Source of the DNA: Candidatus Iainarchaeum sp.
GTDB taxonomy: Archaea; Iainarchaeota; Iainarchaeia; Iainarchaeales; GCA-2688035
Length of the DNA: 34,861 nt
NCBI GenBank assembly: GCA_016931555.1
Contig: JAFGEM010000074.1
Span: forward strand, 1 to 34,861
Direction: 5' to 3'
A program made the position numbers and the translations under genes. The notes beneath the pieces are model-generated. The model searched no databases and was not told the origin of the DNA. It saw only the letters and a program-made list of their open reading frames with translations. Shown here piece after piece: positions 9,007-17,376 of this stretch; within the stretch, counting starts at the first letter, position 1, and each line of letters opens with the position of its first letter.

Positions 9007-10050
9007 TTACATTGTTTTTATTTTTTTCCTGTGTTTTGCATATTCTGTGTAGTCAATGTATTCTTTTTCCTTTATCATTTCAAGCACAGGCACCTTTGCC
9101 CTTTTCTCCCGGATGTTTTCTGTTACTGTTAATGCAAACGCATCGCTTCCTGCTCCGCTTCCATAGCTTGCCATCAAAATTTTTTCCCCCGGCTTTGCAA
9201 TGTCCAGAACACTTCCCAAGCCAACAATGCTACTTCCCGAGTAAGTGTTTCCTATCATTGGAGTCAAAAGCCCCTGCAAAACCCGTTTCTCTTCAATTCC
9301 AAGCATTTTTGCTATTTGTTTTGGAAACTTTCCATTGGGCTGGTGGAATACCGCATAATCAAAGTCGTTTGGATTCATTTTTGTTTTTGCCAGCAATCCC
9401 TTTACTGCTCCGAGAACATGCTTGAAGTAAGCTGGTTCTCCTGTGAACCTTCCCCCATGCTGTGGAAACTCTGCCTGCTGCCTTCTCCAAAAATCCGGTG
9501 TATCAGTAGTATATGAGTAAGTTTCGTCGATTTCTGCAATTATTTCTTCTTGTTTTCCCCCGATTATTATTGCGCCTGCTCCCGAGCCCGCAGTAAATTC
9601 CAATGCGTCATTAGGCCTGCCTTGCGCAGTGTCTGTTCCTATTGCCAAACCATATTCAATCATTCCGCTTTTTACTAGCCCCATGCACATTTGCATGCCC
9701 GCTGTTCCTGCTTTGCACGCAAATTCCAGATCTGCGGCCATGTATTCGGGAGAGGCTTGTATTGCGTCTCCGACAATAGAAGCAGTTGGCTTTACTGCAT
9801 AAGGATGTGATTCGCTGCCGACAAAAATTGCGCCAATTTTCTCTCCGCTAATTCCTGCGGTTTCAAGTGCTTTTCTTGATGCTTCTACTGCGAGTGTGCA
9901 TGCGTCTTCATCAAATGCTCCAACTGCCTTTTCTTTTACTCCTATTGCATTGGAAATTTTTTTGCCGTCTTTTTTCCATACTCTTGCAATTTCCTCTACT
10001 GTAATGCGCCGTAATGGCACGTGCACCCCGTAACCAATAATTCCAACCAT
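9007..10050 (-). CDS. Hydroxymethylglutaryl-CoA synthase
   Basis: MVGIIGYGVHVP, GSESHPYAVKP, catalytic-Cys region EFACKAGTAG, FHQPNGKF, GNTYSGS. The start is placed at the ATG at 10048-10050 with GGAGG 6 nt upstream. Confidence 0.9.
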   Translation of the reverse strand: MVGIIGYGVHVPLRRITVEEIARVWKKDGKKISNAIGVKEKAVGAFDEDACTLAVEASRKALETAGISGEKIGAIFVGSESHPYAVKPTASIVGDAIQASPEYMAADLEFACKAGTAGMQMCMGLVKSGMIEYGLAIGTDTAQGRPNDALEFTAGSGAGAIIIGGKQEEIIAEIDETYSYTTDTPDFWRRQQAEFPQHGGRFTGEPAYFKHVLGAVKGLLAKTKMNPNDFDYAVFHQPNGKFPKQIAKMLGIEEKRVLQGLLTPMIGNTYSGSSIVGLGSVLDIAKPGEKILMASYGSGAGSDAFALTVTENIREKRAKVPVLEMIKEKEYIDYTEYAKHRKKIKTM

Positions 10051-10081
10051 GTACTGCCTCCTGAATTTTTTCCGCAAAAAA

Positions 10082-11362
10082 TTAATTTTTTTCTCCTAAA
10101 ATTTCTTTTGCCCTGTCAACCTTTACATTATTTTCGTTAATCATTTTTTCCGCAACATCCTCAATATCTTTTCCCTGTGCCCCTGCAATTACTGCAATGT
10201 TGCGTGCGTGTAATTTCATATGCCCTTTTTGTATGCCTTCTACTGCAAGTGCTCTTATTGCTGCTGCATTATTTGCCAATCCAACGCATGCCATTATTTC
10301 TGCCAGTTCATTTGCTGTTTTTACCCCCAAGATTTTTACGCATGTTTTTGCTATTGGGTGTGTTCTTGTGGCTCCTCCCACTAATCCAATTGCAAGTGGC
10401 AATTCAATTTCTCCAATTAAATCCCCCTTTTCATTCTTGTAATATTTTGTAAGCGGTTTATACTCTCCTTTGTTTTTCCAGCTTGCGTAACAGTGTGCCC
10501 CAGCCTCTATTGCACGGAAATCCTGGCCAGTTGCAATTCCCACTGCATCTATGCCGTTCATTATTCCCTTGTTGTGTGTGCAGGCGCGGAAAACATCTGC
10601 TTCTGCAAATGCGTATGCGTTTAGCATTGCTTCTACAATCTCTTCTCCTCTTATTTTGCCTTTAAAGCTTTCCTCAAGCGCTTTTTTGGAAAACACTGCT
10701 TTTGCTTTTACTGTCCTGTGTATTGCAAGATTTGAAATAATCCTTAAAAAAACTTTTCCCTTTGAAATTTCCTCTAATTTTGGGGCTATTGCTTCGCACA
10801 TTGTGTTTATTGCGTTTGCTCCCATCGCATCTCTCACGTCAACAAGCAGTTGCACTATAACCATTTTTCCCTTTTGGGTTTTCAATTCTTCTGCTTTCAA
10901 TTCTTTTGCTCCGCCTCCAAATTTTTTGAGTGTTTTGTCCATTGAGTTTGCTTTTTCCAGTAACTCTTTTTTTGCCTTTAAAATCTTTTTTTCCGCTCCC
11001 TTTTCCGCGTTAACAATTTGTATTTGCCCAATCATTATTGGCGCGCTTGCTTTTGATTTAAATCCGCCCAGTGCGCGTGCAATTCTTGCTCCGTTGCATG
11101 CCGCTGCAACTACGCTCGGCTCTTCAATTGCCATTGGAATTAAGATGTCTTTCCCGTTTACAACAAAATTTGTTGCTATTCCTATGGGCAGCTGCTGCAC
11201 TCCTATAACATTTTCTATCATTCTGTTTGCCTGTTCAAAGTCGAGTGCTGCAAATTTTTTCAATTGCGCTGTTTCCTCTTCTGTTAACTGCCCTGCTTCT
11301 TTTATTATGGCAATTCTTTCTTCAAGGCTTTTCTTGTAAAAACCGCTTACACTGGAGTCCAT
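10082..11362 (-). CDS. HMG-CoA reductase, class II type
   Basis: ENVIGVQQLPIGIA, EEPSVVAAA, DAMGANAINT, GLVGGATRTHP and a length of about 426 aa match class II (short, soluble) HMGRs. The start is the ATG at 11360-11362, with AGGTG 6 nt upstream inside the end of the preceding gene. Confidence 0.9.
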   Translation of the reverse strand: MDSSVSGFYKKSLEERIAIIKEAGQLTEEETAQLKKFAALDFEQANRMIENVIGVQQLPIGIATNFVVNGKDILIPMAIEEPSVVAAACNGARIARALGGFKSKASAPIMIGQIQIVNAEKGAEKKILKAKKELLEKANSMDKTLKKFGGGAKELKAEELKTQKGKMVIVQLLVDVRDAMGANAINTMCEAIAPKLEEISKGKVFLRIISNLAIHRTVKAKAVFSKKALEESFKGKIRGEEIVEAMLNAYAFAEADVFRACTHNKGIMNGIDAVGIATGQDFRAIEAGAHCYASWKNKGEYKPLTKYYKNEKGDLIGEIELPLAIGLVGGATRTHPIAKTCVKILGVKTANELAEIMACVGLANNAAAIRALAVEGIQKGHMKLHARNIAVIAGAQGKDIEDVAEKMINENNVKVDRAKEILGEKN

Positions 11363-11363
11363 A

Positions 11364-12707
11364 TTATGCACCTAATAAAACGTCAAAAGGATTTAAGGTT
11401 GCTTCGGCTTTTTTTTGTTTTCCTTCTTTCAAAAATTTTTGGATTTCTTTTACTGCGTTTTTTGCTGATTGTATTGCGTGCACTATTGTTTTGTTTTTGC
11501 TTATTGCGTCGCCTGCAATGAACACTCCCGGCAATTCTGTTTCGTTGATTTCCTCTTTCAATGGTTTTCCCTGCATTATGCTTCCCTTGAACACGCTTTC
11601 GTCGAACTCCTGTCCTATTGCAAGAACAGCCAAATCTGCGTTTAACGCAATTTTTTCTTTTGTTGGAACAAATTCCTCTTTTTTGATTTCCAGTTTTTCG
11701 AATTTTATTTTTTCAAGATTTTGCTTTCCAATGAATGCAGTCGGCTGTAAGAGATATTCGAATTTTATTCCCTCTTCGAGCGCTTCCAAATATTCTTTTT
11801 TTCTGCAGGGCATGAATTCAAGGTTTTTTCTGTATGCAATAACAACACCATAGCCGTATCTGAGTGCTGTTCGCGCGCAGTCCATTGCAGTGTCCCCCCC
11901 GCCTATTACAACGCACTTTTTTCCCTCGCCATTCAGCCTGTTTCCGTTTCCGTGGGAATATTTTTTGAGGAATTCCTGCCAGCTGATTATTCCTGTGAGT
12001 TTGCTGCCCTTTACCTCGATTTTTTTTGAAGAGCTTTCGCCTGTTGCAATTACTACTGCGTCAAAATTTTGGAGTACTTCTCCTATTGTCTGATTTTCTC
12101 CTACTTTAAAGTTTTTTTTCATTTCTATGCCCTGCTCTTGCATCTGTTTTACCTGTTCCTCAGTAACTTTTTTTGGAATTCTGTAGCCTGGTATTGCGTT
12201 CACTGCAAGCCCGCCAAAATTGTCTTGCATTTCCATTATTGTTGGATTTACCCCCTTTTTCTTTAATTCCAGTGCTGCTGCCATTCCTGCTGGCCCAGAG
12301 CCTATTATTGCAACCTTTTTTTTGCCAGTGTCTCCATTGATTTTTTTCTGTTCGGAGTTTTCCACTGCAAATCTTTCGAGTGCGCGTATTGATATTGGTT
12401 CGCCTGTTTTGCCGAGAATGCATTTTGCTTCGCACTGGGCTTCTGCATTGCATCCTCTGCTTGTAAAGCAGGGCAGCGGGTTTTCTAGTAGAATAGTGTT
12501 CAATGCCCCTTGCATGTTTCCTTCGCGTATTTTTTGTATGAATTCCTTGCAGTTTACTCCTGCTGGGCATCCTTTAATGCATTCAGGGTTAACACACTGC
12601 AGGCACCTGTTTGCTTCTTCCATAGCCTGCTCTTTAGTAAAGCATTTCTCGATTTCTTCAAAGCTCTTAATGCGTTCTTTTGGCTCTAAAACATGCATTT
12701 TTCTCAA
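11364..12707 (-). CDS. GltD/SudA/NfnB-like NAD(P)H-dependent FeS flavoprotein (glutamate synthase small-subunit family)
   Basis: N-terminal Cys clusters (CLQCVNPECIKGCPAG; C..C...C), dinucleotide folds KKVAIIGSGPAGMAAALEL and KKCVVIGGGDTAMDCA, and C-terminal GVFIAGDA. TTG at 12705-12707 has GGTGA 6 nt upstream; the alternative ATG is at 12696-12698. Confidence 0.85.
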   Translation of the reverse strand: MRKMHVLEPKERIKSFEEIEKCFTKEQAMEEANRCLQCVNPECIKGCPAGVNCKEFIQKIREGNMQGALNTILLENPLPCFTSRGCNAEAQCEAKCILGKTGEPISIRALERFAVENSEQKKINGDTGKKKVAIIGSGPAGMAAALELKKKGVNPTIMEMQDNFGGLAVNAIPGYRIPKKVTEEQVKQMQEQGIEMKKNFKVGENQTIGEVLQNFDAVVIATGESSSKKIEVKGSKLTGIISWQEFLKKYSHGNGNRLNGEGKKCVVIGGGDTAMDCARTALRYGYGVVIAYRKNLEFMPCRKKEYLEALEEGIKFEYLLQPTAFIGKQNLEKIKFEKLEIKKEEFVPTKEKIALNADLAVLAIGQEFDESVFKGSIMQGKPLKEEINETELPGVFIAGDAISKNKTIVHAIQSAKNAVKEIQKFLKEGKQKKAEATLNPFDVLLGA

Positions 12708-12721
12708 ATCGCTTCACCAAA

Positions 12722-12770
12722 CCAAAAAATAAAAGGGGTTTTTTGTTAGAATTCTAACTTATAATTGTTG
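12722..12770 (-). promoter_or_regulatory. Candidate promoter region of the mevalonate operon
   Basis: A/T-rich TATA-like elements on the minus strand (ATTATAAG around 12758-12767; TTTTATTTTTT around 12722-12733), upstream of the first gene of a 12.7-kb same-strand block. The position is inferred only. Confidence 0.3.
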
Positions 12771-12834
12771 TTTCAACCCAAATAAAAAGCTTTGGTTATT
12801 GCCAAAATAAAAATCGTCAATTAACGTATTAATT

Positions 12835-13188
12835 TTATTCTACTGCTATGCTTTTCTTTTCAATGTATTCTTTTTTGACTTGCCTGCTTTGGGCGTGGGT
12901 TTCTACTGTTTTTATTAGCACTGTTTCCTCTGTTCCTGGCTGCGCATTTTTCGGCCATATTTGAAAGTAAAAGCATTTCCTTTCCCCCGGCTTTAGAACT
13001 GGCAGGCGCTTTAAATCGCTTGTTTTGTAGCCTACCCTGTCCAAGCTCAGACGGCTGCTTGTCTTGACCTCTAATGTTGCAAATTTGTCCTCTTTGCCTC
13101 TGTTTGCAATATCTACTCTTAATTCCACTGGCTCTCTTCTTGCAAGCACAAGCCTGTAGGGTGCAAAACTTGCATCAATATCAATCAT
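12835..13188 (-). CDS. Hypothetical small protein
   Basis: 117-aa ORF with an ATG start and ordinary, non-repetitive composition. No recognised motif. Confidence 0.5.
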   Translation of the reverse strand: MIDIDASFAPYRLVLARREPVELRVDIANRGKEDKFATLEVKTSSRLSLDRVGYKTSDLKRLPVLKPGERKCFYFQIWPKNAQPGTEETVLIKTVETHAQSRQVKKEYIEKKSIAVE

Positions 13189-13338
13189 GCCATCCCAATA
13201 TATACTGCATTGATTGTGCTTAAAAATCCTGCGTTTGAATTAGTCTTTAAAAAACTTTTTTTCCGCTGTTATCTGTCTTGCGTTTGGTTTTATCTTTATT
13301 TTTTTTCCGTGCCCTTTTTTGCGCTGACCTCTAGTGCC

Positions 13339-13671
13339 CTATGCTTTTCTTTTTCTTCCGCGCCTTTCAATATACCAGTGCGTTGTTTCGGGGCTTTCCA
13401 AATCCGGGCGCCGCACATTCAATGGCTTTCCTTTTGGCGGTTTTTTGAGAGGCCCTTCTGCCCCAATGTATTCTGCGCCTTCAACCTGCTTTTTTGTTCC
13501 AAAAGCATTAGGAAAAACCCTTGTAAGGTGCCCTTGTGAAGCCCAGTCTTTTCCTGTTTCCCTGCCTCTTCTCACGCGCTCCTGAAAAAGATTAAAATTC
13601 TCTCTCCTCTTTTCTGCGCCTTCTCTTTTTATTGGGCTGTGCTTTTTCCTTGGCATTGCTCTCGTGGGCAT
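13339..13671 (-). CDS. Hypothetical highly basic protein (uncertain)
   Basis: The ORF has coding-like codon usage (aaa/gaa/aga) and is rich in R, K and G. ATG candidates are at 13669-13671 and 13654-13656. The opposite-strand ORFs look like low-complexity shadows. No family recognised. Confidence 0.35.
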   Translation of the reverse strand: MPTRAMPRKKHSPIKREGAEKRRENFNLFQERVRRGRETGKDWASQGHLTRVFPNAFGTKKQVEGAEYIGAEGPLKKPPKGKPLNVRRPDLESPETTHWYIERRGRKRKA

Positions 13672-13792
13672 GTAATGAAAATGCACTTTGCGTTATTTAT
13701 TGCTTTGCCTGTGTTTGCATGCCCGAAACCCTTAAATACCACTTAGAGAATAATCTTTTAGAAAAGGAAAAAGATTGTTTCCGAGTGTTGTT

Positions 13793-14272
13793 ATGGGGGA
13801 TGCGGAATTTCCAGAATCAGGCTTAGTAAGAAAGAGCTATGTGATTAGGCAGATGGATTTGCCTCCAAGTGTAAAGCTTACAAAGCGCTCTTTGCTGAGA
13901 TGGTTTGCCCTCTCATTCGGCCTTATAAGCAGTGGAGAATCGCGCAGTACTGTTCTTCTAGTGCTTGAGGCTCTCTTTACACTGCTCCTCACCTCAAAAA
14001 AGAATCCATCTACAATTGAAATCCAGTCTTTTATTAAGGAGAAGTTTCAGAAAAAGATTTCGGAGAAATTGATTCGCTATCATTTAAACCGCCTTATTGA
14101 TTCGGGCTTGCTTGTAAGGAGAAAGGCGCGCTATTATTTGAACAACAATCCTTATGCCGAGCCTGATAATTTGCATGAGTCATTCAACCATTGGATTAAG
14201 CAGCCTGTTAACAACAGCATGAATGACATCAGCGAGGTTTTAATGAAGCTAACCGATGCTTACAGGAAATAG
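13793..14272 (+). CDS. Putative winged-helix DNA-binding protein
   Basis: The segment EKLIRYHLNRLIDSGLLVRRKARYYL resembles a wHTH recognition helix plus wing. The start is uncertain: TTG 13775, ATG 13793 or ATG 13853. Confidence 0.55.
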   Translation: MGDAEFPESGLVRKSYVIRQMDLPPSVKLTKRSLLRWFALSFGLISSGESRSTVLLVLEALFTLLLTSKKNPSTIEIQSFIKEKFQKKISEKLIRYHLNRLIDSGLLVRRKARYYLNNNPYAEPDNLHESFNHWIKQPVNNSMNDISEVLMKLTDAYRK

Positions 14273-14275
14273 CTT

Positions 14276-14719
14276 TTATTTTGGGTGTTTGCCTACCATG
14301 CTTTCATTCAATATGAAGAGTGAGTTTTGAATGTTCCGCCCTATTTTTTCTAGCGCAGCGAGGTTTTCATCGAGTGTTTTTGCCCAAAAGTCATTTGGGT
14401 TTTTAATTTTTTTTCCAGCACTCTGAACTTTTCCAAGCAGCTTTGCGTAAGCCCTGAACTGTTTTTCTATGTCTTTTATTTCTGATTTCATTCCAAGTTT
14501 TTTTGCCTTTTCAAATGTGTTTTTTTTTCTTTCAAGAAAAACTTTTTGCATTCTTTGCCTTCTTTCAATAAGCGCAGTGTATTCTTGCACTGTTTGGGGT
14601 TTTCTCTCAAGCCTTGGCTTTGAGGGCATGAGTGAGCTGCAGCCTGCTGCACTCGCTAGTGCGGTGCCCGCACCTATTTTTAATAAGCGCCTTCTTGTGG
14701 TTTTCACGGGCTTTCTCAT
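14276..14719 (-). CDS. Small TAT-signal lipoprotein, helical, unknown function
   Basis: Twin-arginine motif TRRRLLK followed by the hydrophobic stretch IGAGTALASAAGC (lipobox-like A-G-C). The remainder is predicted helical and charged. Confidence 0.6.
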   Translation of the reverse strand: MRKPVKTTRRRLLKIGAGTALASAAGCSSLMPSKPRLERKPQTVQEYTALIERRQRMQKVFLERKKNTFEKAKKLGMKSEIKDIEKQFRAYAKLLGKVQSAGKKIKNPNDFWAKTLDENLAALEKIGRNIQNSLFILNESMVGKHPK

Positions 14720-14773
14720 CTTTTATTTTTTGGATGCTACTTTTTTAATCACTTCCGCGTTAATTTTTGTGTC

Positions 14774-15577
14774 ATGAAATTCACTATTGTTGTTTCAAAA
14801 AAGGACATTGCTGGGATGCATTTCAAAAAAATTTTTTTGGATAATTTTGGTTTCAGGGAAACAGACAGGGTTTATGATTCCAATCCTGTTTACAAATTTG
14901 ACAAGTTTGAATTGCTTACAATTAACGAGGACCAGGTTTATGCGGATTATTTGAATGCCTATCCCGCTGACTTTTTTATATTTGCTTCAAAGCATGAGAG
15001 CAAATCCCAAAAGCCCACGCTTACTGCTCATGCAATTGGAAATTTTGGAAAGCCTGAGTTAGGGGGCAGGGAAAAGTTTTTGTCTCCTGCAAGCGCGTAT
15101 CTTGCGCGCAATTATCTCCGCTCTTTGCGCTCTTACCAGAATCGCCTTGCAGATTTTTATGTTGCCCTCGAAGCCACTCACCACGGCCCTTTTCTTGACA
15201 AGCCTGCTATTTTCATTGAATTAGGCTCGAGTGAGGCGCATTGGAATAATAGTGCTGCTGCGGAGGCTGTTGTTGAGACAATTTTTAACAGCACTTCTTT
15301 TGCTGCGAGTGTTGAAGCCTGTATTGGAATTGGGGGCCCGCATTACTGCCCGCTTTTCACTGACATGGTTTTGCATGAGGATTTTGCCTTTGGGCATGTT
15401 GCGCCAGAATATGCTTTGAATGAATTTGATGAAAAGATGCTGCAGCAGATGCTTGACCAGACAATTGAGAATGTGAAAACAATTTATGTAAACAAAAAAG
15501 GTTTGGGGAAATCAAAGCAGAAGAACAGGATAAAGGAAATTCTTACAAACCAAAAAATTGACGTGGAATATGTTTAG
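14774..15577 (+). CDS. dtdA: D-aminoacyl-tRNA deacylase, archaeal DtdA type
   Basis: Colinear with my recollection of Pyrococcus DtdA: NFGF.ET, NPVYK, FASKH, EATHHGP, FIELGSSE, GIGGPHY, FAFGH. 267 aa. Confidence 0.85.
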   Translation: MKFTIVVSKKDIAGMHFKKIFLDNFGFRETDRVYDSNPVYKFDKFELLTINEDQVYADYLNAYPADFFIFASKHESKSQKPTLTAHAIGNFGKPELGGREKFLSPASAYLARNYLRSLRSYQNRLADFYVALEATHHGPFLDKPAIFIELGSSEAHWNNSAAAEAVVETIFNSTSFAASVEACIGIGGPHYCPLFTDMVLHEDFAFGHVAPEYALNEFDEKMLQQMLDQTIENVKTIYVNKKGLGKSKQKNRIKEILTNQKIDVEYV

Positions 15578-15614
15578 CTGTGCCACGCATTTGCTTGCTG
15601 TTTTCTTGCGGGCG

Positions 15615-16679
15615 TCAGATTTTCCTTTCAATTAAATAATCTGCAAATTCTTTTAACATTTTTTTTGCCTCGCTCTCCGAAAGCTTTGGCTCGAGCTTTT
15701 CCCATGCCTCTTTTACAATTGCCCTTGCCTTTTCCCGAGCATAATCAATTGCACCTGTTTTTTTGATTATTTCAATTGCCGCTCTAATTGTTTTCTGACT
15801 CTCGGGATGCGAATTCAATATTTCAATCAATCTCTTTTTTTCCTTTTCGCCCGCATTTTTGAGTGCGTGCAACACCATTATTGTGCGCTTTCCCTCATGA
15901 ATGTCCTCCCCAACTCCTTTTCCCTTTTGGAATTCTTCTCCCACAAGATTAAGAATGTCATCCTGTATCTGGAATGAAACACCCACAGTTTCCGCAAACT
16001 TTCCCAAGGCATCTTCCTGTTCCTGTGTGGCGTTTCCTGTTATTGCGCCGAGCTTTGCAGCAAACCTTGCAAGCACGCCTGTCTTGTAAACACACATCTG
16101 CAGATACTCCTGCTCTGAAACATTTTGCTTTTCCCCCTTGTGCCACCATATGTCCATTGCCTGTCCAAAGCTCACTTTTATCATTTCAGCACTGTATAAT
16201 TCGTAAATTTTTTTTATCTGCACTGCGCTCAAATTGTGCGGGTTTTTGTATAACAGTGTGAGCGGTGCAAAGTACATTAAATTTCCGTCGTTTATTGCAA
16301 TGTCATTTCCATATTTAATGTGCGTGCATGGTTTTCCCCTTCTTGTTTCTGAATTATCTTCAATATCGTCTACCATGATTGTTCCGTTATGTATAAGTTC
16401 CACTAGTGGTGTCATTTTTAATGCAAGTTCTTTGCTGCCGCCTACTGCTTCGCACGCCAAAATTGCGAGTGCAGGCCTCCATCTTTTTCCGCCCCTGTCC
16501 AAATATTCCCAGATTGGCTCTGCAGCGCTTTTTGTAAGTGTCTCTGTATCAAATGCAAAATCAGGTTTCCCCAAAACATATTCCAGCCACTCTGCAGTTA
16601 TTTTCCTTGGAAAAACAGCTTCTATTTCTTTATCTACAAGCGGCACTATTTTTTTCAAATAATCCTCAATACTCGCCAT
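15615..16679 (-). CDS. idsA: Geranylgeranyl diphosphate synthase (trans-polyprenyl synthase)
   Basis: First Asp-rich motif MVDDIEDNSETRRGKP and second Asp-rich motif FQIQDDILN. The start is placed at the ATG at 16677-16679; the track start at 16700 is TTG. Confidence 0.9.
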   Translation of the reverse strand: MASIEDYLKKIVPLVDKEIEAVFPRKITAEWLEYVLGKPDFAFDTETLTKSAAEPIWEYLDRGGKRWRPALAILACEAVGGSKELALKMTPLVELIHNGTIMVDDIEDNSETRRGKPCTHIKYGNDIAINDGNLMYFAPLTLLYKNPHNLSAVQIKKIYELYSAEMIKVSFGQAMDIWWHKGEKQNVSEQEYLQMCVYKTGVLARFAAKLGAITGNATQEQEDALGKFAETVGVSFQIQDDILNLVGEEFQKGKGVGEDIHEGKRTIMVLHALKNAGEKEKKRLIEILNSHPESQKTIRAAIEIIKKTGAIDYAREKARAIVKEAWEKLEPKLSESEAKKMLKEFADYLIERKI

Positions 16680-16791
16680 TATTTTTGCCCCTGACCACAA
16701 AAAATTAGTGCTCTTTCCCCTTTTTTAATTATAACGCCTGTTTTGCCTGCTTGTGCTTTTTGGGCTTTGCAGATTTTGCCTGCTAATTGAA

Positions 16792-17370
16792 TCAGCTTGT
16801 GTTGCACACGTATGAAACAACAACGTTTTTCATTTCTAAATCATAGCCCGCTGTGTTTCCCGTAGCTGCAACGTCAAGAAACTCTGCCATTCCATAAGAA
16901 TATTGTACTTTTCCATTTCCTACTATGTAATTTCCTGCCGGCAAATCCCTATATTCTGTGCCGTAACAGCCGTCGAGTGTTGCGCCTCCTCCTCCTTGTG
17001 GGGTTCCAAGAGGCTGGCTTATGGGCACATAGCTGTTTAAAGGCCCTGCAATCCATCTGTTTGACAAGTTTCTTTCTACGCTATTGCTTTTATAAAGCAC
17101 TGGAACATAAAAGTCAGCAAAGCCCCCTCCCTGGACATATACATCTGTGCCGCAGTGCATTAGTATTACATTGCATGTTGTGCCTGGCAGTGCAACGCTT
17201 CCCGCAAAAATTTTCTCTGTATCCTTGTCTGAGAGCACTATTGTCCCAGTAATCTTGTTTCCTGCTTGTGCTTCTCCGAACAGGTTGTTTGCCTGTCCAA
17301 TCAGCACTGCAGAGCTTAATATTACAATTCCGAATATTGCTGCTGTCCAGAATTCTTTTGGTGCGTTCAT
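16792..17370 (-). CDS. Secreted Cys-containing protein, paralog 1
   Basis: N-terminal MNAPKEFWTAAIFGIVILSSAVLIGQANNLFGEAQA/GN looks like a Sec signal with an AQA cleavage site. It has 4 Cys and a C-terminus of SYVCNTS. Its 5' end is nearly identical in DNA to the upstream paralog. Confidence 0.65.
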   Translation of the reverse strand: MNAPKEFWTAAIFGIVILSSAVLIGQANNLFGEAQAGNKITGTIVLSDKDTEKIFAGSVALPGTTCNVILMHCGTDVYVQGGGFADFYVPVLYKSNSVERNLSNRWIAGPLNSYVPISQPLGTPQGGGGATLDGCYGTEYRDLPAGNYIVGNGKVQYSYGMAEFLDVAATGNTAGYDLEMKNVVVSYVCNTS

Positions 17371-17372
17371 GT
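17237..17372. repeat. Copy 1 of a ~136-bp direct repeat covering the 5' end of a secreted-protein gene
   Basis: My hand alignment with 17975-18110 gives about 10 mismatches over 136 bp and no gaps. Confidence 0.85.
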
Positions 17373-17376
17373 TTTA

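Noticed and set aside
10551-11339. 262-aa ORF antisense to HMG-CoA reductase. Similar long plus-strand ORFs lie at 3432-4046, 7337-8029, 8171-8827, 11227-11853 and 12220-12732.
   Set aside because: All lie within well-supported minus-strand enzyme genes. Their Phe/Ser/Leu-rich composition is what the complement of Lys/Glu-rich coding sequence gives.
13210-13585. Plus-strand ORFs of 109 and 83 aa
   Set aside because: They are Phe/Leu/Cys/Ser-rich low-complexity translations opposite a minus-strand frame with far more protein-like composition. I kept only the minus-strand ORF, at low confidence.
13339-13686. Possibility that this relatively GC-richer segment is a structured RNA (RNase P or SRP RNA) rather than a CDS
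   Set aside because: I could not find the conserved RNase P CR-I (GAGGAAAGUCC) or CR-V blocks, or the SRP helix-8 motifs, on either strand. Only a covariance-model scan could settle this.
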